Below are positions 25,497 through 31,949 of a stretch of DNA of 31,949 nt, one piece after another. Origin of the DNA: Clostridia bacterium (GTDB lineage Bacteria; Bacillota; Clostridia; Oscillospirales; CAG-272); NCBI GenBank assembly GCA_900770605.1, contig CAAGKS010000008.1:1-31949 (forward strand), read 5' to 3'. Position 1 is the stretch's first letter; every line of letters begins with the position of its first letter. Made by a program: the position numbers and the translations under genes. The notes below the pieces were generated by a model. That model saw only the letters and a list, made by a program, of their open reading frames with translations. It did no database searches and was not told the DNA's origin.

Positions 25497-27380
25497 ATGA
25501 AGAAAACACGAGTTATAACGTTGTTTCTCGCCGCAAGTATGCTCTTGTCCTGTATACTTCTTACGGGATGTGCATCGTCCCAGGTGCAATATGAGATCCC
25601 CAACTATCAGGGACTCTTACAGGACGGTCAGAGCAAAGCGGAGTATAACCAAGAGCTTTTCTACCGCAACGATCACAAGGTAGACATCGCTGCCGACCCC
25701 TTTGTATTTGACAACACCGCGCGCGACGGTTATTACTACCTTTACGGTACTCACGGCGATATTTTCTGTTCCCGTTCCAAAGATCTTATGAATTGGGAGC
25801 CTGTTGGAAACGCTCTTGATATTCAGGACTATGTAAACAATCAGCCCAGCGAGGTTCGCAAAGCCTTGTGGGAAGACCTCTGGGCACCCGAGGTAATATA
25901 TGATCCTGATGACGGCAAATACTACATGTTCTTCAGCGCTACGCCCCAGGAGGACACTAACGTTACTGCGGGCGAGGGCGTAATGTACGGAACATATTGG
26001 GAGCTTATGATGGTTGCCGTTTCCGACTATCCCGACCACGGCTTTGTGCCCGTAAACTTTATGGACCCCGAAAGCTGCGGCGAGGAGAATCTGCACGACT
26101 ATAATACGACGACCGGCATTAAGAATCCTGAAACCGGCGAATATGTGGCGGCATGGCCTCATTACTTCGCTAAGTATTTGCTCTTTGATCCTCAGGATTA
26201 CATGGAATTTGCAGAAGCAAACGGTGGATTTATAGGTTTAGGACGCGGAGGCTTTGAAAGCGGCATCGACCCTCATCCTTACGTTGATGAGAACGGCGAT
26301 AAGTACTTGTTCTGGGTAAAGAGCGCCGGTGCTGACTTTATTTCCGTTGTGAAAATGGAAAACTGGTTAAAGCCCGACTGGTCCACCGCAAAGATCCTTA
26401 CCGCGCATAGCTTCTATACTATAGAAGATTATTATGCATCTGTAAACGGTCAGGTGGTTGAACACGTTGCATATGAGCAGAACGGAGTTACCATCAACGA
26501 AGGCCCTGCAGTTATTGCACATAACGGCAAGTATTACCTTACCTTCTCCGTTGGTTCTTATTCCGACAACTCTTACCAGGTCATTCAGGCTGTTTCCGAT
26601 AATCTTACAGGACCTTACCGTAAGCTTACCCTGGAAGAGGGCGGCATACTGATGTCCGGTGAGCTTTCGGGTAGCCAGGATATTACAGGTACAGGTCACC
26701 ACGCCTTTGTACAGGCCGGCGATCAGCTCCTCATGGTATATCACCGCCACAATGACCCCATGGTTGGCGGTGGAGCACGTAACCCCGCAATAGACGAGAT
26801 CAGATGGATCACTATTGTGGACAAATACGGCAATAATCTTGATATTATGTACTCGAACGGTCCTACCTCGACGGTACAGCCCAGGATCGAAGCGTTTACC
26901 GACTATAAGAACATTGCTGATGAAGCTACCATAAGCGGTCACGAAAACGTTAAGTACTTAAACGACGGATTACTTTCCGTATACAAATATCTCAATGACG
27001 ACCTTGAAAAATACATTCAGGAGACTGTTATTGAAGAAACCACTACCTTTACTCTGGATTTTGAGGAAGCACGAGCTGTGAGAGCAGTTATGGTCTATGC
27101 TTCCAAGGATGAAATGGCCGCTTTCTCCAAGATCGCACGTATAGAGTTCGTGTGCATCGAGGACGGCGAAGAGGTTATTCGTTATATCAAGGACGTTGAG
27201 CTCAGCGCAGAGTGCTATCAGGCAAACGACTATGACGGATCTATTTTCTATATTTCCCCCGGTGCAGCTGCCTATGCAGAATTTGACGAGCTGAACGTAA
27301 AATCTATCAAGATCACGATCGAAGTACCTGAGAATCAGGATTCCGTAGGTATTTCCGAGATCCGTGTTCTCGGTAAGTAA
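25497..27380 (+). CDS. GH43 family glycoside hydrolase lipoprotein with a C-terminal beta-sandwich
   Basis: Lipobox LTGC; catalytic motifs ADPFV (base), WAPEV, IDPHPY (pKa modulator), NEGP (acid), GTGHH and YHRH. The C-terminus (LNDG...ISEIRVLG) looks discoidin-like. Substrate cannot be determined by eye. Confidence 0.9.
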   Translation: MKKTRVITLFLAASMLLSCILLTGCASSQVQYEIPNYQGLLQDGQSKAEYNQELFYRNDHKVDIAADPFVFDNTARDGYYYLYGTHGDIFCSRSKDLMNWEPVGNALDIQDYVNNQPSEVRKALWEDLWAPEVIYDPDDGKYYMFFSATPQEDTNVTAGEGVMYGTYWELMMVAVSDYPDHGFVPVNFMDPESCGEENLHDYNTTTGIKNPETGEYVAAWPHYFAKYLLFDPQDYMEFAEANGGFIGLGRGGFESGIDPHPYVDENGDKYLFWVKSAGADFISVVKMENWLKPDWSTAKILTAHSFYTIEDYYASVNGQVVEHVAYEQNGVTINEGPAVIAHNGKYYLTFSVGSYSDNSYQVIQAVSDNLTGPYRKLTLEEGGILMSGELSGSQDITGTGHHAFVQAGDQLLMVYHRHNDPMVGGGARNPAIDEIRWITIVDKYGNNLDIMYSNGPTSTVQPRIEAFTDYKNIADEATISGHENVKYLNDGLLSVYKYLNDDLEKYIQETVIEETTTFTLDFEEARAVRAVMVYASKDEMAAFSKIARIEFVCIEDGEEVIRYIKDVELSAECYQANDYDGSIFYISPGAAAYAEFDELNVKSIKITIEVPENQDSVGISEIRVLGK

Positions 27381-27391
27381 GGAGGGGCGTT

Positions 27392-29245
27392 ATGAAGAAA
27401 ACGAAATTCACTGTTTCCAAGCACGCGCTTCTTATACTTACACTCGCACTGTTAGTTATAGCCCTTGCAGGCTGCGCGGCTAACACGCGTATCGAGGAGG
27501 TTCCGACAAGCGAAACGTATACGTTCACAAATCCCGAGCCTACGTTGGCTCAAACGGATGCCGGCTTTAAGATAGACGGTATTGCAGATGAAGAAGCCTA
27601 CAAGAACGCAAAATGGTTGTACTTAGCCAACGACGGCGAGGGCAACAACGTAAACATTGCGGTAACGAGCTATTTCGGCGGTCAGGGAATGTATTTTGTA
27701 TTCGACGTAACGGAAAGCTTCCCGATCTACGTAAATCCCGAGAGATCATCCGTTTTGAACAGCGGCATTGAAATGTATTTAGCACCCGCGGGTACTAAAA
27801 ACGAAAGACAAAACAATTTCTTTGAGATCGACCTTCAGCCCACCGGCGATATAGTCTTTAAGAAGAGTAACGGTAAATGGGGCTATGTCGACGTAAAAAC
27901 CAGCAACGATAAGATGGCTCGGCTTGGCGCTACCACAAAGGGCGGAGACATCAATACGAATGAGTGCTACGGCTACGTGCTTGAGCTGTTCATTCCCTGG
28001 GATTATTTGGAGTGGCTCGATATCGACGTTGAGAGCATGAAGGATCACGCTCTTGTAAATATCGCCCACATTACTTCCTTCAACTATACCGGAACGAATA
28101 CCAACATAGACAGATATTGGTATCACTTCGGTGAGCAGATAGGCGCGGGCTTTACCGACGTTTATCGCTTCTACAAGTTTGACGGGAACGGCGCGGTTGG
28201 TACTATCCCCGTCACCTTCGTCAGCGGCGAGCATTACAGTATTTCCGGTCAGGCTTCAGTACTGTCCGGTAAGAACGCTACCGTTACCGTAACACCCGAA
28301 GCGGGATATTCGATCACCTCCGTGCTGGTCGACGGTAAGGAGTGCATCAGCGACGTTCAATACAACAATGATGGAAGCGTAACGCTGACAATCAAGAATA
28401 TCACAAAAGAAACTACCGTTTCCGCAGTTGCAGCAGTTACAAAGAGCGGCAACAGCACACTCAGCGGTCAGCTGCATCTCAACAATGCGCTGTTTGAGGA
28501 TACCTTTGACGGTGTTACCTTTACCTGTAACGGCGCACCCGTTACGATAGACGAGAACGGTAATTTCGAGATGGCGGACGTTGCTCCCGGTTACTATGAA
28601 TTACACGCGGAAAAGGCAGGCTACACCTCTGTTACCCGCGGCGTATATCTGGACAGCGATACTAACGTAGACGTAAATCTGGAATACAACCTTTTCTACT
28701 ACAATGATAATAACGCTAAGAACTGGGCGCTCGACGAGCAAAATAGCGGCGTATTGTATAAGAACGTTGGCAGAGCGTGTGTCCTCACTAACGATAGCTT
28801 CAGCGATTTCACATTTGAAATGACAGTTAAATACGATACCGCATTAGCAAATGCAGGAACCACAAGCGACCACAAAGAGCAGCGTATGGGTGCGCGTATC
28901 ATATTTGCAGACGGCAAGGAATGGTACATAAACGTGCTTTACCAGGACGGCTCTTACAGATTGCAGTATGCATCCTTGGGCAATAGCCTGTTCGAGAACT
29001 GGCCTACCCGTTACAGACTCAACGTAGGTCAGATCGAAAAGCTTGAAAGCGCTAACGGCATTAAGCTGAAGATAGTACGTCAGGATAATATCGTAAAGAT
29101 CTATATTGACGGTCTTCAGGTGGCGCAGGAAACACTGAGCGCAGAATATGCAAATATGTCCGCGCAGATCGGCATGGACGCTTGGACGCCCAACGAAGCT
29201 CCTATGGAAATTCCCTTTAGCCTTACGGCTGTAATTTCCGAATAA
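27392..29245 (+). CDS. Modular lipoprotein: CBM9/DOMON-like domain, bacterial repeat, carboxypeptidase-regulatory-like domain and C-terminal beta-rich domain
   Basis: Lipobox LAGC; KIDGIADE...GMYFVFDVTE...GIEMYL...GYVLELFIPW (CBM9-like); VTPEAGYSITSVLVDG; GNFEMADVAPGYYELHAEKAGY. Confidence 0.75.
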   Translation: MKKTKFTVSKHALLILTLALLVIALAGCAANTRIEEVPTSETYTFTNPEPTLAQTDAGFKIDGIADEEAYKNAKWLYLANDGEGNNVNIAVTSYFGGQGMYFVFDVTESFPIYVNPERSSVLNSGIEMYLAPAGTKNERQNNFFEIDLQPTGDIVFKKSNGKWGYVDVKTSNDKMARLGATTKGGDINTNECYGYVLELFIPWDYLEWLDIDVESMKDHALVNIAHITSFNYTGTNTNIDRYWYHFGEQIGAGFTDVYRFYKFDGNGAVGTIPVTFVSGEHYSISGQASVLSGKNATVTVTPEAGYSITSVLVDGKECISDVQYNNDGSVTLTIKNITKETTVSAVAAVTKSGNSTLSGQLHLNNALFEDTFDGVTFTCNGAPVTIDENGNFEMADVAPGYYELHAEKAGYTSVTRGVYLDSDTNVDVNLEYNLFYYNDNNAKNWALDEQNSGVLYKNVGRACVLTNDSFSDFTFEMTVKYDTALANAGTTSDHKEQRMGARIIFADGKEWYINVLYQDGSYRLQYASLGNSLFENWPTRYRLNVGQIEKLESANGIKLKIVRQDNIVKIYIDGLQVAQETLSAEYANMSAQIGMDAWTPNEAPMEIPFSLTAVISE

Positions 29246-29257
29246 TTTTATACCTGA

Positions 29258-29286
29258 TGCCTGCATCTGTGATGCAGATGCAGGCA
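29258..29286 (+). other. Intergenic perfect stem-loop without a U-tract
   Basis: TGCCTGCATCTG-tgatg-CAGATGCAGGCA (12-bp stem) between two co-directional genes, followed by AGGAAAT. Confidence 0.7.
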
Positions 29287-29362
29287 AGGAAATAAACATA
29301 TAATCCAATGGCGTTTGTAAAATGTCTTGAATTATAAAATATTATAAAAGGAGAAAACACTT

Positions 29363-31949
29363 ATGAAAAAGGCATTACCCCTGATCGCCATTCTATGCAT
29401 GGCACTGGTGCTCTTTGCCGGTTGTAAATCCGATCCACAACCCGATACGCAACCCACCGAGACACCTTGCGAGCATAATTGGGTAGATGCAACTTGTACT
29501 ACTCCGAAAACTTGCTCCTTGTGCAATGCAACCGATGGCGAACCTAATGGTCACGTTGAAGAGACCGTTGCCGGTACAGCTCCTACTTGTACCGAGGCCG
29601 GTAAGACCGACGGTAAGAAGTGCTCTGTATGTGGTCTGATCACCGTTGAGCAGACTGTCATCAGCGTTTTGGACCATACCCCCGAGGCAGACGACGGCGA
29701 CTGCGCAACCGAGGTTAAGTGTACTAACGAGGGCTGTGGTGCGATCATTATTCCCGCTGCTTCAAGTCATACTCCCGAAGCAGACGACGGAGACGTGACC
29801 ACTCCTGTAAAGTGTGCTAACGACGGCTGCGAGCAGATAATCGTTCCTGCTAAGGAAGCAATCACTCTTACGATCCCCACCTTTGAAAACGGCGCAGTTG
29901 TAACAGATAAAAAGAACTATGCAATTGGCGATACCGTTAAGCTTACGATCAATCCCGATTTCGGATATGCATCAAAGCTCTACATCAATGGCGCGCCCTT
30001 GATGCTTGATTGGAATAACAATATTTACACCTTTGTTGCTGAAAATGACACCTATGAGATCAGCGGCACCTTCGAGCCGAATATGGAGCTTGTTCCCGCT
30101 GACGTTACAAGATGGGATACAATGAACCAAGCTCACGGTATGATCAGCACACAGTATCTGGCTGAGCATAATTATGAATCCTGGTGGTTCGATTTCGCTG
30201 GCGAATACACTGCTATTTCCGTAAAGGCAAAGAACTATTTGTCCCTTGAGGATAGCAAGGACGGCAACGGAAACGTTGGATTCTCCTTCGTTTTGCGCAT
30301 GACCTTGGATAACGGCAAGGTTTATGCATTCCGTATCTTCAATGATAACGGCACGTATGCATTCAGTGAGTTTGGTACGAACTCTACCGGCTGGGGTAAC
30401 TGGAAGGCACTTGATGCTGATGCGGCAGCAGCCTTGAACGGCGACGGCGTTGACTTCAAGCTTGAGCGCACAGGCGCTAACGTATTGACACTTTCCATCA
30501 ACGGCACTGAGGTCCTTACTTATACTATGGAAGGCGTTACCATAGAAAACCTGATAACATCTGTAGGTCTGAGACATTACGGTAACATCAACATGCAGGT
30601 AGATATCCCCTTCGCATTAACCAGTGCTTGCCAGCACACCTGGGTAGATGCAACCTGTACTACACCCAAGACCTGCTCTACATGTAATATCACTATAGGT
30701 GATGTGATCGATCACACCTATACCAACTACGTATCTAACAACGATGCTACCTGTACAGAGGACGGTACTAAGACCGGTACATGTGTTTGCGGTAGAGAAG
30801 ACACCGTAGCCGACGTAGACTCAGCACTTGGTCACAGTGAAGAAACTGTTTCAGGTAAGGCTGCAACCTGTACCGAGACCGGCTTGTCAGACGGCAAGAA
30901 GTGCTCCGTTTGCGGCGTAACAACTCTTGCACAGTCTGTTCTCCCCGCTAATGGACACGAGGACGATGACAACAACAACGCGTGCGACGTTTGCGGCGCT
31001 AACGTATGCATCAACCACGTTGAAGAGACCGTTGCAGGCAAGGCTGCAACCTGTACTGAGAGCGGCTTGACGGATGGTAAGAAGTGCTCCATTTGCGGAA
31101 GCGTAATTCTTGCTCAGGAAGTTATCCCCGCGAAGAATCATAAGGCAAGCGCAGACGACGGCAACTGCGAGACCGCAGTTAAGTGCGCTAACGCAGGCTG
31201 CGATTATATCTTTGTAGAAGCTCTGACTCACGTTCCCGCAGCAGACGACGGCGACGTTACCACCGCAGTTAAGTGCACCAACGCAGGCTGTAATCAGGTA
31301 ATTGTTCCTGCTAAGGAAGCGATAGCTCTTAACATTCCCACCTTTACAAACGGTACGGTTACACAAGACAAGAAGAACTATGCGGCAGGTGACAAGGTTA
31401 CCTTGACAATTGCGGCTGATAAGGACTATGCTCAGAAGCTGTATATCAACGGCGAGCCTATCCTTGTAGACGCAAATAGCAAGTATAGCTTTGTTGCCGA
31501 GGCAGGCAAGACCTACACTGTTACCGGTGAATTCGTTTACGTAAAGGGCAATTGGTACTGGACTGCTGAGTACGGTGTACTCAACCAGGCACACGGCGTA
31601 TTCCACTCTCCCGTACCCGTCGGTGGCGAGAAGAACGGTGAGTTGGTTCCCACGTTCGGCAAGTGCTATGGCGGTCAGATTCTCTTTACCGATCCCTCCG
31701 GTGGAACCAAGCAGGACTTTGCTATCGTACTTAAGATGACATTCTCCGACGGTCAGAAGGCAGAGATTCGTCTTGTAAACAAGGACGGCAAGGGTCACTA
31801 CATGGTACAGTCCATGAGCGGCATGTTTGGTAGCTGGAAGTGGTACTACGATCTTAATGATGAAGAGAATGCCGCTGTTGCAAGTGGCGAGGGCGTATGG
31901 TTTGAGCTCGTTCGTAACGGCTCTAATATAGACATCCTCGTTAACGGTA
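29363..31949 (+). CDS. Large modular lipoprotein, 3'-truncated by the window (at least 862 aa; absent from the ORF track)
   Basis: AAGGAG RBS; MKKALPLIAILCMALVLFAGC lipobox. My manual translation stays open to the window end (...SNIDILVNG). It contains Cys/His repeats, ADDGD/N-containing repeats and two copies of a large module. Confidence 0.9.
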   Translation, partial: MKKALPLIAILCMALVLFAGCKSDPQPDTQPTETPCEHNWVDATCTTPKTCSLCNATDGEPNGHVEETVAGTAPTCTEAGKTDGKKCSVCGLITVEQTVISVLDHTPEADDGDCATEVKCTNEGCGAIIIPAASSHTPEADDGDVTTPVKCANDGCEQIIVPAKEAITLTIPTFENGAVVTDKKNYAIGDTVKLTINPDFGYASKLYINGAPLMLDWNNNIYTFVAENDTYEISGTFEPNMELVPADVTRWDTMNQAHGMISTQYLAEHNYESWWFDFAGEYTAISVKAKNYLSLEDSKDGNGNVGFSFVLRMTLDNGKVYAFRIFNDNGTYAFSEFGTNSTGWGNWKALDADAAAALNGDGVDFKLERTGANVLTLSINGTEVLTYTMEGVTIENLITSVGLRHYGNINMQVDIPFALTSACQHTWVDATCTTPKTCSTCNITIGDVIDHTYTNYVSNNDATCTEDGTKTGTCVCGREDTVADVDSALGHSEETVSGKAATCTETGLSDGKKCSVCGVTTLAQSVLPANGHEDDDNNNACDVCGANVCINHVEETVAGKAATCTESGLTDGKKCSICGSVILAQEVIPAKNHKASADDGNCETAVKCANAGCDYIFVEALTHVPAADDGDVTTAVKCTNAGCNQVIVPAKEAIALNIPTFTNGTVTQDKKNYAAGDKVTLTIAADKDYAQKLYINGEPILVDANSKYSFVAEAGKTYTVTGEFVYVKGNWYWTAEYGVLNQAHGVFHSPVPVGGEKNGELVPTFGKCYGGQILFTDPSGGTKQDFAIVLKMTFSDGQKAEIRLVNKDGKGHYMVQSMSGMFGSWKWYYDLNDEENAAVASGEGVWFELVRNGSNIDILVNG

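Noticed and set aside
29972..31798. Minus-strand ORFs of 201 and 303 aa in an apparently empty region
   Set aside because: They are antisense shadows of the plus-strand lipoprotein starting at 29363, which the track omitted because it has no stop in the window.

Overview
The window is ordinary bacterial chromosome, most likely from a Clostridia-type Bacillota (inferred from sigma-A-like promoters, strong AGGAG(G) ribosome sites and many lipoproteins). The first 22 nt are Illumina adapter, so the left end is probably a contig end. From left to right it holds: (1) the 3' tail of a probable surface protein; (2) trkA-trkH for K+ uptake; (3) a DtxR-family regulator divergent from feoA-feoB-small Cys-rich protein-copA, with three copies of a GTTAGC-N4-GCTAAC palindrome; (4) a 1148-aa secreted endonuclease-I-family nuclease on a Cys/His-repeat stalk, ending in an SGCGS-TM-KKKRD anchor; (5) a tightly coupled minus-strand four-gene operon encoding a YwaF/TMEM164-like membrane domain fused to an ABC ATPase, a multi-TM permease, a membrane-anchored Ig-like protein and a large lipoprotein; (6) an ArsR-type regulator divergent from a glycan-utilisation locus with a sugar ABC SBP, two permeases, a GH43 lipoprotein and two modular lipoproteins. 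The last lipoprotein runs off the window and is absent from the ORF track. The best candidate for an undescribed system is the TMEM164-like/ABC operon, hypothesised to handle or remodel lipids. Other leads are a possible internal start yielding free CopZ from copA, the non-LPxTG C-terminal anchor, and a beta-rich domain shared by the two glycan-locus lipoproteins. No rRNA, tRNA, CRISPR array or mobile element was recognised. All family assignments come from motif recognition by eye, not database searches.
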